A stretch of DNA of 39,623 nt from Octopus bimaculoides. Taxonomy: Eukaryota. The notes below the pieces were generated by a model that was given only the letters and a program-made list of their open reading frames with translations, searched no databases and had not been told where the DNA came from. Both the position numbers and the translations under genes were made by a program. This document shows, piece by piece, positions 1 to 10,895 of this stretch; positions within the stretch are counted from its first letter, which is position 1, and every line of letters starts with the position of its first letter. The DNA is taken from NCBI RefSeq assembly GCF_001194135.2, contig NC_068990.1:93195990-93235612 (forward strand), read 5' to 3'.

Positions 1-45
<45 letters not shown>
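1..45. repeat. (TA)n microsatellite
   Basis: Perfect TA dinucleotide run at the window start. Confidence 0.95.
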
Positions 46-49
<4 letters not shown>

Positions 50-496
50 ATATCTGTACACATCTTCCGTTGTCGTTTGTTCTTCTTCTCACCCACCTTA
101 GACTCTGTCTCTCTGAATCTCTTCTATTTACCTTTGCAACACCAGCAGCAACGGCCTTTGTTCAAACATGTCCTCCTTCGTTTACCCATGTCTGCCTTTA
201 TTTGTCCGTCTGTCCTCTTCTGCTGTTCACCTAATCTTCCTTCTATGTATGAAATCCACCCAACTTCATAAAAGATCCATTCCAATGTACATACATCTAC
301 TGTGACCTGTCAATACCCTTTCACGTCGTCATTCCATATATGGCCACCCCTACTTCCTCCATACCTGTCTATCCTATCTTAAGCATATCTACCTTCATAT
401 GCCCCCCCCCCCCACATGCCATGAGTTGGAAACACCTGAAACACAAAGTTTATTTCTCTCTGCTGATCGTTTTGAAGGCACAGCTTATATGTGTGG

Positions 497-1227
497 GTGT
501 GTGTGTGTGTGTNNNNNNNNNNNNNNNNNNNNNNNNNNNNNNNNNNNNNNNNNNNNNNNNNNNNNNNNNNNNNNNNNNNNNNNNNNNNNNNNNNNNNNNN
601 NNNNNNNNNNNNNNNNNNNNNNNNNNNNNNNNNNNNNNNNNNNNNNNNNNNNNNNNNNNNNNNNNNNNNNNNNNNNNNNNNNNNNNNNNNNNNNNNNNNN
701 NNNNNNNNNNNNNNNNNNNNNNNNNNNNNNNNNNNNNNNNNNNNNNNNNNNNNNNNNNNNNNNNNNNNNNNNNNNNNNNNNNNNNNNNNNNNNNNNNNNN
801 NNNNNNNNNNNNNNNNNNNNNNNNNNNNNNNNNNNNNNNNNNNNNNNNNNNNNNNNNNNNNNNNNNNNNNNNNNNNNNNNNNNNNNNNNNNNNNNNNNNN
901 NNNNNNNNNNNNNNNNNNNNNNNNNNNNNNNNNNNNNNNNNNNNNNNNNNNNNNNNNNNNNNNNNNNNNNNNNNNNNNNNNNNNNNNNNNNNNNNNNNNN
1001 NNNNNNNNNNNNNNNNNNNNNNNNNNNNNNNNNNNNNNNNNNNNNNNNNNNNNNNNNNNNNNNNNNNNNNNNNNNNNNNNNNNNNNNNNNNNNNNNNNNN
1101 NNNNNNNNNNNNNNNNNNNNNNNNNNNNNNNNNNNNNNNNNNNNNNNNNNNNNNNNNNNNNNNNNNNNNNNNNNNNNNNNNNNNNNNNNNNNNNNNNNNN
1201 NNNNNNNNNNNNNNNNNNNNNNNNNNN

Positions 1228-1264
<37 letters not shown>
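497..1264. repeat. (TG)n and (CA)n microsatellites flanking a 715-N assembly gap (513-1227)
   Basis: Seen directly. The long ORFs called here are N/microsatellite artefacts. Confidence 0.9.
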
Positions 1265-1268
<4 letters not shown>

Positions 1269-1453
1269 ATACACTGTGTGTTAGAAACACATGAAAAAGA
1301 AGTGCATATTCTCTCTCTCTGGTCATATTGAATCTGCTGCTTCTGTATGGCCGTGTCCTGTGATGGCTAAAATAAATTAAAGACCCCCCCCACCTTTGTT
1401 CCTTGTATTTATTGTTATTTAGCTCCATACCGTGTCATAACAACTACCACAAA

Positions 1454-1648
1454 AAGGTGGTGAGCTGGCAGAGTCGTTGGCCCACCAGGTGAAATGCTTG
1501 GTGGTATTTCATCTGTCTTTATGTTCTTTGCCTTTTATCCTTTCAGGGTGGATAAATTGAGTACCAGTTGTGTACCGGGGTTGATCTTCTCGACTGGCTC
1601 CCTCCCCCAAAATGTTGGGCCTTGTGCCTAGAATAGAGAAGAATGATT
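1454..1648 (+). mobile_element. tRNA-derived SINE with Meta-like central domain (type B), internally deleted
   Basis: A-box-like TGGCAGAGTCG head, then TTTGCCTTTTATCCTTTCAGGGTGGATAAATTGAGTACCAG, which resembles the MetaSINE domain. Homologous to copies at 12925, 20411 and 21671. Confidence 0.75.
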
Positions 1649-1682
1649 AGCTCAAGAACAATGTTCCACTGAGACATGAAAG

Positions 1683-1748
1683 GGAGATGGCTGAGTGGGT
1701 AAGGTATTTGATTGGATGCTCATTGTAGGCTCCAAGTTCGAACCTACA
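1683..1748 (+). mobile_element. Isolated tRNA-like SINE head
   Basis: A-box TGGCTGAGTGG and B-box-like AGTTCGAACC at tRNA-like spacing. No cloverleaf acceptor stem, so not a tRNA gene. Confidence 0.5.
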
Positions 1749-1789
1749 GCTTGTATCCCATTGTGTTTCTATATAAAATGTAAGAGTTT

Positions 1790-1945
1790 CTACAGATCCA
1801 CGGAAACCCATTCTTAAATGCCTGTGTTACAATGTATAGAACTATAATAAAGAGGAGGGGACAAAGAACTGCACCCTGGTGGACCCATGTCTGCATGCTC
1901 AATTCCTTGCTGCACTCTTTCTGTTGAATGTACCTCTTCACATAG
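1790..1945 (-). mobile_element. RTE-clade LINE reverse transcriptase fragment (decayed)
   Basis: Translates to WVHQGAVLCPLLFIIVLYIVTQAFKNGFPW, matching the non-LTR RT motif GVHQGSVLSPLLFIIV...PWELLYADD. Confidence 0.8.
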
Positions 1946-2436
1946 CTTCCTCAGACCCTAACAAACCAGTCGTATACCCTTTGTGGCCTTAGGGATCACT
2001 CCACTACACATTAGGAGTTATGGTAAACATTGATGAATGCTAGCACAGGCACTTCTCCAGCAGTAGTCAGAAAGGATTTGGTACCACCTGTTCTTGGCAT
2101 CAAACTAGTTTGTAAGTACTTCTCATTTGTGATACTAGGAAAATGAGTCTCCATTGTCCTTGACACAAAAAACTGAAATGCCGCCCGTCAACATTCCGTA
2201 ATTCCTAAATTTTTTCAAATCTGCCTCATCATTATGATTCCTTCTTTACTTGCTGCTTTCTAACGCATCGCCTTTGCCCCTGTAGCAGCTGATGCCGATC
2301 ATGATACCACCNNNNNNNNNNNNNNNNNNNNNNNNNNNNNNNNNNNNNNNNNNNNNNNNNNNNNNNNNNNNNNNNNNNNNNNNNNNNNNNNNNNNNNNNN
2401 NNNNNNNNNNNNNNNNNNNNNNNNNNNNNNNNNNNN

Positions 2437-2482
2437 ACCACCACCACCACCACCATCACCACCACCACCACCACCACCACCA
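2437..2482. repeat. (CCA)n microsatellite next to gap 2312-2436
   Basis: Seen directly. Confidence 0.9.
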
Positions 2483-3339
2483 CTTATACTTCTCAACTTC
2501 CAGTGTTGGCTTCATCTTTCATTCCTGTAAGATGATACCGATAATACAAGAGTGATGGAATTTCTCTTGCATTCCTGTAACATGACACCAGCAATACAAG
2601 AGGAACAGAATTTCCCTTGGCGGTTCTTTAGTGATTTCTGGCTTTGACACAGGGACCCACCCAAAGTGCTGAGCAGTTCAGAAAGACCTAAGAACAGACT
2701 TGGACAAGAATTCATGGGGGTTAAGTGAGATAATTACAACCTTCTTTATAAACATTGAAACTGGGTCCTCTCTGTTGTTGTTGTTGTTATTCAACCCCAA
2801 GTTAGACCTGATTGAGCAGACCCATGACAGCCACGACCATCCTGTATTATTAGGGTCTCTACAACTACATTACTCAATGTGCCTTTCTTTGTCTAATATG
2901 ATGAAAAAGGTTTAGCCACCCAGAGGCTCTATTATTGTTTGTAGAGATTTGATGACGGAATATCTAAATCAATTGGTTGCAAGTTCAAATTTACTGCAGG
3001 TTTTTGTTGAACAGCAGGACACTATATTCTACATTAACCCCTGCTGTTGAGGGAGTAAACCTTATTGAAAATCTGAAGAACGGGTCCTAAGAGAGAAATG
3101 TATGGCTAACAGTCATACTTAACCAATATCTGGTATCCCCTACGGTTCCATGGATATTGATTTGTCTTCTCTTCATGGCATATCCAGAAGTGGAGCGATG
3201 GCACGTGTGTGTACTTGGGTCTGGGAACTGGTTTCTAGAAACAGCCCTGGCACAACAGACGTGGTTGACAATGGGGAAAAAGGTCAATCATATTCTACAG
3301 TGCTTCAATTGTAATGATGGTGTACATTGTCATCTATGG

Positions 3340-3354
3340 GAAAAGCTAACAGTC

Positions 3355-3392
<38 letters not shown>

Positions 3393-3590
3393 TCCCCCAC
3401 CACCACTTGACACTGGTGTTGGTTTGTTTACATCTCTGTAGCTTAAGCGTTTGGCAAAGGAGTCTGAGAGAATTAACTATCAGATTTAAAATAAGTGCTG
3501 GGGTTGATTTGTTTGACTAAAATCCTTCAAAGTGGTGCCCCAGCATGGCTACAATCCAATGATGGAAACAAGTAAAAGATAAAAGAAGAA
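3340..3590 (+). mobile_element. 3' half of type A tRNA-SINE: (TG)n plus tail ending GAAACAAGTAAAAGATAAAAGA
   Basis: Homologous to 27190-27440 and 26014-26123. Confidence 0.85.
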
Positions 3591-3970
3591 AAGCTTTCAT
3601 AAAGTCTAATTATTCCTAAATTCCAGGATTTACCAAACGACGAATGTACATTTAGATTCAAATATCTGCAATTACACAAAAATGCTTCTTCATCTAAACT
3701 TTACAGAGTCCTTTCTTTTGGTTATTTCTCAAAGATAAATTATATTTTTTTTAAAAACCATATTGATATTGTACCATTTTTTTAATGAGAACCATTCTTT
3801 GTTAAAATCAAGCCTTCGTCTGTAATAGCTTTCTAAAGAAAAGCATTTTTAATTATCACATTCATAGAACATCCATTAATAGCAACACATCTGGGGACCA
3901 TTTCTTTTGTGGTGCCAGACTAATTTTTTTGTGGTATCAGTCTAATTTACCATAAGGCTGTTCAATTCCT

Positions 3971-4400
3971 AAGCTTCCTTTCCAACCATGTGTTTACGAG
4001 TTCAGTCTCACTGCATGGCATCTTGAGCAAGTGTCTTCTATAGCTCTGGACCATTCCAACTGTTGTGAGTGGATTTAGTAGACAGAAACTGAAAGAAGCC
4101 TATTGTATGTGTATATATATGCATGTGTGTATGTGTGTGTTTAGTGGGTTGCAAACGTTCTTATCTTCACATCATAGAATGATTGTAGGAAAGCATCACC
4201 TTCACATAAGCAATGGCATTTGTTTCAAATTTTTTGAGGAAAATTGTGGGGAAATACTATCTTCCTTAGAAACAGGTGACATTTAGCGACAGAAAGAATA
4301 TTCAGCCATAAAAAAAAACCAAACCTCAAACGAATTCCGTCTGACTAATGCAATTCTAGAAAAATGGATGTGAAAACAATGATGATGATGATGATGATGA
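3971..4400 (+). mobile_element. tRNA/CORE-like SINE (type A head) with alternative RTE-like 3' tail ending in (GAT)n
   Basis: Head similar to 27013-27180 (AGTTCAGTC B-box-like, CTTGAGCAAGTGTCTTCTA CORE-like). Internal TA/TG microsatellite. Tail similar to 33800-33930. Confidence 0.7.
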
Positions 4401-5324
4401 AGTTATTTCTGTTGGTTTTGTTCTTTGCAAAAGAAGTCCATCTGTTCCAAATGTATTAATGTCTGAGAAAATGTCTTAGAGAACAATCTTTAACTGGTGC
4501 CACAGCTATTTGCTGAACCACCTGAGCACTTGAAAATGGTCTTGGAATTTATAATTAGTTTTTAAATGACACAACTGGGAATTCCTTGGAAATAGAATAC
4601 AAGCCTGGGAATTCCTGATTGCATTTGTAGCCAAATTGTCTTGGAATTCAGGATCCAGGAATCATAGGAGAGAAGCCCTACTTGTGATAGACACCCACAC
4701 TATCCAGGGGGAGTTTTATCACTCATCCACTTTACATCATGAAACTAGAATTAATTGATAGCCTTTACAAGTCCTTTTAGGGTGTTTAGGAGATATTTAC
4801 AAGCATCAAGGCCTGAGAGAAATAGGCAGGTTTGAGCCCATAAAATGCACTAAAATTATTGGCAATGAGAAAGGCATCCAGCCTTAAGGGCTATGCCAAA
4901 AAAAAAGGAGAGCAGACATGGACTTTGTAATTCTGAGAAGAGGCAACTGCTAGAAGGATAGAGACTTTGGTAAAGGAACAAAAAGATACATTATGGCCAT
5001 CTACATGTTACACTTAATGCAAATACATCATGGAATGCCAAATTAACTGCACGGCTAGCATTCTTTCCACCACTATTCGATGAATTTCATCTGCTACTGA
5101 TGTATCTTTTTGTTATTTAACACTGTACATTCATAAGAGATACTGTTTCCAGATGAATTTTGCTGTTAATTTGCCTTTTCGCTATGTATCTGCATTACAT
5201 ATCATACACAGATTGCTATTTTAATCTAATACTGCTTCTGTTGTTCATATCAATGTATAACAGACATTTTAGTCCTGACACAGACAACCTCTTTCGTTTT
5301 GTAGCATGGTATAATAGACAGAGT

Positions 5325-5424
5325 TCACACTGTAAAGTCGTTGGCACAAGAGCTTTTTACATGGTGCCAGCAGAGGGCTCTGTCAGGCCCCTCCTCTTCA
5401 TCAGCGGGAGTGACATTAACAATT
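5325..5424 (-). CDS. Candidate terminal coding exon (LIVNVTPADEEEGPDRALCWHHVKSSCANDFTV*), unverified
   Basis: Pyrimidine-rich acceptor TCTGTTCTCCTCAACAG. Phase-compatible with the candidate exon 5574-5641. GC is above background. No protein recognised, and a plus-strand exon reading is equally possible. Confidence 0.18.
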
Positions 5425-5450
5425 CTGTTGAGGAGAACAGATCATCTTGA

Positions 5451-5451
<1 letters not shown>

Positions 5452-5488
<37 letters not shown>
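5452..5488. repeat. (TA)n microsatellite
   Basis: Seen directly. Confidence 0.95.
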
Positions 5489-5492
<4 letters not shown>

Positions 5493-5573
5493 TAAGCAGA
5501 AAATTCTTGATCAACAAACAAATTGACTACCATCGATTATTATTTTTTAATACAAAACTTTATCACTTCTTAC

Positions 5574-5641
5574 AGCCATTTCTGCTTCCAATGTCCCTCA
5601 GCACTGCCAAAGAAAATTCTGAGAATAATATTTGTCATATT
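5574..5641 (-). CDS. Candidate 68-nt internal exon (NMTNIILRIFFGSAEGHWKQKW), unverified
   Basis: GTAAG donor at 5573-5569, weak acceptor, open frame. Phase 2 matches the exon at 5424. Confidence 0.15.
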
Positions 5642-6711
5642 CTATAGCACGTCTGATGTGGTACATGGAGCTTCATCAGAGTGAAGACAAATACATAAAA
5701 TAAAAGAAGAGAAGAGAAAAGAAAAGGGCCTCGAGATGAGGAAAGAAGGCTTAATATATTTGACTCATACCATTTTGTAGTGTAAAGATTGAAGTCAATG
5801 AGCAAATGGCTAAACTAGGAAATTAATTGGTGGGTTAATTTTTCTTTAGGGGTAACAGGGTGTATAGATAATAAAAGAAGTGTTTTAGTATAATGGGATT
5901 CACCAATATGTCTGGAAAAAGAATAGTACTTAAGATTTTGTAAATAGTACTAATTAATATTTATCTAAATAGCATGCCCATAAATTAATTACATTAAATA
6001 TACTTATTGGTATATTATAAAGACCAACCATCGATTGTCCATAATGGGATTGACCAAAGTCCAACCATCAAACTTTGGCAAAGATAGAGAGATAAATATA
6101 TATGAAGGAAACAATATAAGTAAAACGAGAAAGATTATAAGGTGAGGATGAAGCAAAAAACAAGAAAAGGATCTAATGCTTTGAATTTTACCTTTTTGAA
6201 AGAAAAAGAAAAGGAAAAACCTGACGAACAGAAATAGATTTTATACCAAATTTATGACATATGTTTACATTGCAGACGTTTGTGTTTATATGTGTGAGTA
6301 TTTACATATATTTACACACACACACACATATAGTTATCCAATGATCTGTCTCTCACTCTGCGTGTGTGTGTGTGTGTGTGTGAAGAATGAAAAAGTAATT
6401 GTGAAGGGAAGTGAATCTCTTAGGTCTTATATCTCAACTCAATGGAGAGATGTCAGGAATCTATCACATCTTATATTGATTCTTTTTTACCGAATATGAT
6501 GAAAGAAGAAGAAATAATAGCAAGGCCCAGCAATGTGTAAGGGTCGATTTGCAATGATGTAGATGCAAATATATGGAATTCTCCATCAATTTTCACTTGA
6601 ATTTAGTTTGTTGTTGCTATGCAAAGGAACTGTTTACCACATAATCCTTGCATTTAAACACATCAGTGTTATACTCCCTCTTTTAGTTGCCCCTGGCAAC
6701 TGCTTCTGATG

Positions 6712-6790
6712 ATGATGAAGAAGAAGGAGGAGAAGAAGAAAAAGAAGAAGGAGAGGAAGAAGGAGAAGAAGAAGAAAGGGAGAAAATAAA
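6712..6790. repeat. Purine-rich (GAA/GGA)n low-complexity tract
   Basis: Seen directly. Confidence 0.85.
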
Positions 6791-7424
6791 TTGGAAGAAT
6801 TTCGAATGGAAGGGAGAAATATTCTCTCGGTATTTATTTCTTTTTTATTTATTGATTCACTGAGTGCGTACTTAAGAAATATGATGTACAATATTCCTTC
6901 ACCCACCACGTCCTACCTTCAGCCTCACTTATCTCTTTCTCATGCACAGTTTGTACTAACACACGTATGTTAAACTCACACACATACATACATACACATA
7001 TATATATATATGCACAAGTACACATGTATAATATACATCATAGTTGAAAGCCTAGATGCATTCACACACATGGATTCCCATACATAAAACGTATCTCATA
7101 GCAGAAAGCTTAAATGCTACACACAACAAACATGCGTATACACCTGTTTCTGTTTCTCTCCGAAAATGGAATGTTTTGAAGCATCATGGAAGTTTCCTCA
7201 TTATTCCCAAATGTATGTTTTTGTGTCCAAAAAGACAAAGGAGAAGCGGTTCATGAAATTGTGAAGGATATTTATTAAAAAATGTGTGTAGGAAGTGCGT
7301 ACAACTCTTTCACAAGAAAGAATTGAACAGGAAAAAAAAGTAGAAGAAGAAAGCCGATACATTGAATCTTGTCAGTTAATTGCCGTTTGTAGGTTTCTAG
7401 TCAATGGTTTGTTCGTTTGCTTTC

Positions 7425-7661
7425 AGCATTCGTTCATATGTCTATTTTTCCATGCTAGCATGGGTTAGAGGAATAGGTTATTGAAATACACGGCTGGATG
7501 CCCGTCTTGTTACTCACCATTACCTGTTTTTCAAGTAAGGCATTTCATATTCTGCATGGCTTTGAAGGCATGAAGCAAAGGGGTCATTTGTTGACAGGAA
7601 ACATGACAACAACTTCACCAACCATAACTTACAAGCTTCTTTGAAGAGGGGACAAATGTAA

Positions 7662-7704
<43 letters not shown>

Positions 7705-7885
7705 CATATATACATATATGTACATATATATCTGTATACAAAGGGCTTCTTTCAGTTTTCATCTAAAAAATTCATTTGAACTGGGGCTATGTTAGAAGAC
7801 AATCACTCTGGGTGATGTGCATTAAGATTGAACCTGGTACCATGTGGTTGGAAAGCAAACTTCCCAACCACACAGCCATGAATAC
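7425..7885 (-). mobile_element. Type A tRNA-SINE with RTE-like tail, near full length, with internal (CA)n
   Basis: Reverse complement of the head (CCAACCACACAGCCATG, GATTGAACCTGG) at 7840-7880. Tail with CCATGCTAGCATGG and GCTGGATGCCC at 7450-7503. Confidence 0.7.
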
Positions 7886-8324
7886 CCCTACATTTTCCAC
7901 ATTTAAAGATTTCATACTCTTTTATCCATTGGTTTACCATAATCTGAAACCCACTTTTCATTGACAGAAATGAATGAAGACGGAAAACTGTGGGAGATAT
8001 ATTTTCAGTTATGAAATTCCATTTTATGGCAAGATTTTCAGGAAAGCAATGCTGCCGTAATGAAATGGATCCATATGCTGATTTACCATATAAAACTTAA
8101 AAGACGGAAAAGAAAACCATTATTATAAACATATAAAGGATAATATATATTATATTAAAATATTAATGGCATTAACCTTGGTATAAGTGACGGATGTTGG
8201 TGAATCTAACGTGCAAGTATGACATGATGCAAATATAAAATCGAGTGAGTGAATTATTTCAGGGAAATCTGGGGCTAATGCGTACTTTTTTTTATAGCAT
8301 TGACCTTTAGATTACATTCATGGA

Positions 8325-8441
8325 ATAACCTCCATGCCAGCATAGAAAACAAACATTAAATAATGATGATAATGATGACAATGATGATGATGACGATGGC
8401 GACGATGACGATGGCAACGATGATGACGACGATGATGATGA
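8325..8441 (+). mobile_element. RTE-type 3' terminus with expanded (ATG/ACG)n tail
   Basis: CCATGCCAGCATAGAAAACAAACATTAAATAATGATGAT matches the RTE end seen at 37141-37210. Confidence 0.6.
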
Positions 8442-9859
8442 TTTGTAACATTTACATTAGTTTCTCAATCTCCCAAGCAGAGTCAACCATGTTATTTTGG
8501 TCTCTTTCATACAAGTCAAACTGTCATTTATATGTAAATAAGATGTTGTGGAGGTCCATATGGTTTTGTGTTTGTGTCATGGGACATCAATATTCTAGGA
8601 GAGTTGTGTATGAGAATTGCATTGAACATGGTGGAATTGGTATATTTTTGGTGTGTCTATTTGCGTATATTGTAAAGGTGAAGCATCAACAAACTGGAAT
8701 TTCTTTTGAGTATTTGAGAGTGAATGTGCTAAGAAGTAGTCCACATGTTTCTGTGGTCTGTAAATTACAATTGTGCTTTTATAAGCATTGTTATGTTATA
8801 GGGTGTATGATGAGTTTTCAGGACCAAATGTTAGAAGACAATTAAACCTTAACTTTGTTTATGTTACAAAAAATTTGGTTGTAAAGAGTTTTGGAAGGAT
8901 TTGATGTAAGTCCTGTATCTGACATTGTTCAGATGTTGGTTTATTTCTCATTGGTTTTACTTTCACATTTCATGTTTTCTTAAAGCATTTAAACTGAAGT
9001 AAGCATTGTGAATTTAAAATTAGGGAGAGATGAGGATCTCATCACATTCTGTCTCTTTAATCTAAATATTCTTTGTAATACAGTAAGAAAGAAAGACAAA
9101 AAATTCCTCTATCTAATAAATAGGCACTTCTGTAAGTTGGACAGAAACTATGAATTCTTTAACACAAATACAGTGGAGGTTGCTACTTTAATGTCAAAGA
9201 CTAACAAAAGAATTCATATAAATGCAACCATCTCAATGTAACTACTATATTACTTTTTTTGCCCTCTCAATGGAAACTGCTTTTTATGAAGCTTTGATAG
9301 GTATATTGATAGGTATATAGTATCTTCTAAGAATATATGGACAGAAGCTATATCAGTCTCACAGTTAACTCATTCAAAAACCAATACACCCAGTATCTAT
9401 TCTCCTTTGGACATTCAAAAAACAGAAACACCACATTATTGTATGAATGTCTTGAGCTTCAAAGGCAAAAATAATAACCAAAATATTAAAATAGATCAGG
9501 GCAGTTATTGAAAATGTTTCCCATTTTATCAGCAGTTCCAGAAGACGCCAGTGCTGTTTAGCTGAGAAATTTAATTGTTTAACAATGATAAAGAAACTGG
9601 AACCAATTTGAAAGTGTTACCATGAAGTGTGTTACCATCTCAGACTGAATTGCAAGTGAGCTAAAGTTCTTTGATTACTAAATTCATAGTAATCTTCAAT
9701 AAAATAGAAAAGCATTTTACCAGCAAAAATCAAAACAAAACATTCGGAATGGTACAGGCGTTGTATAGCTGCATGACTAAGATGTTTATTTCCTAATTCT
9801 CAGAATACTCCCATTCATCATAGTCCTTCAGAATATAACAGAAGTTTGAGTCCATTTGT

Positions 9860-10490
9860 CTGTGAGAATTGCTATATGCTGAGGATCCTGTTCTTATAGC
9901 TAAATCTGTAGTAGAATTAGAAAAGTAATTCCAAGAGTTGGAAGCAAAACCTGCAGTCAAAAGACTCAAAGTTTACTAAGCAAAATCAAAATTTCAGTAA
10001 ACAGGAAAACAGACAAGACACTCGCTTTTGCTTTCATTGGGGAAATGGCTTTGATATAGAGAAAAAGGTTAGATATAAATTATATACATTTCACCCAATG
10101 TAAACTGTTGACACACAAAAGGTGCAGTGGTGCCACAGGCAAATCACCAGAGAAAGCAGGCTTTGTATGTGGAAGAAGCACAAGAACAATAAGTGCTAAA
10201 AGCACACAGGAAATAGATTTCTTGAAGTCCTGGCAGGAACTCTAGGGGCTGTAGATATCTTCTGTTATGTAATTAGTAGTGGAAGAGGTTGTTCTGAAAG
10301 TATAGTTGCTAGAATGAAAACAGGATGGAGTAAGAACAGAGAGCTATTATTGCTGTTGATAAAAGGTTTCTCTTTCAAAATGAAAGGCAGATTGTGTGAT
10401 GTTTGAGTATGAACTGTAACACTACATGGTAATGAGATGCAGGCCCCGAATGCAGAGGACATGTGAAAACCAGAAAGAAACAAACCATAG
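9860..10490 (+). mobile_element. RTE-clade LINE ORF2 fragment (RT C-terminal part), pseudogenised
   Basis: LLYAEDPVLIAKSVVELEK (YADD-like), then TQCKLLTHKRCSG, then GCSESIVARMKTGW...KGFSFKMKGRL...TVTLHGNE. Many stops and frameshifts. Collinear with copies at 30500, 32608 and 36291. Confidence 0.85.
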
Positions 10491-10491
10491 A

Positions 10492-10620
10492 GTAAAGATT
10501 ATTTGCCAACATAACATGGCAGTCCTGGTTTAGGATGAATGTTGCTGTAATTTAGCCCTAGGGGACATCATCTCCATCTGGCTATACGACACGATCTGTG
10601 TCCTTATATTTTCAAATAAG
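10492..10620 (+). mobile_element. Solo arm of the fold-back element family at 26382-26731
   Basis: TTTGCCAACATAACATGGCAGTCCTGGTTTAGGA...GATCTGTGTCCTTATATTTTCAAA closely matches 26391-26510. Confidence 0.85.
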
Positions 10621-10811
10621 CGAGGCTTCTCAGAACCAGAAAAGAGAAAGCCAATTTGAAGACTACAGATCCAATCCATCTCTGGAACTGTAAAAATCTA
10701 TAAAACTTTGCAGACGAATATCATTTCAATATATATGAGCATGTCTAGATATGTAACTATAGGCATGAAAATACTTACATACATAAAGCAAAACATACAA
10801 ATCTGCATATG

Positions 10812-10895
10812 TACATACATACATACATACATACATACATACATACATACATACATACATGCATACATACATACATACATACATACATACATACA
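10812..10895. repeat. (TACA)n tetranucleotide microsatellite
   Basis: Seen directly. Confidence 0.95.

Noticed and set aside
46-350. Possible old RTE-like C-terminal remnant on the minus strand
   Set aside because: The similarity (..LRW..) is too degenerate to support.
340-1428. Long ORFs of 260-385 aa here and at 31742-32947 and 35141-35503
   Set aside because: They consist mostly of N-runs and dinucleotide repeats, so they are not evidence of genes.
7520-7640. Apparent minus-strand exon with a GTGAGT donor
   Set aside because: It lies inside the tail of the SINE at 7425-7885.
8480-8830. Possible CR1/L2-like remnant (LLEY*CP on the minus strand)
   Set aside because: Only one short motif matches, which is too weak to annotate without a profile search.
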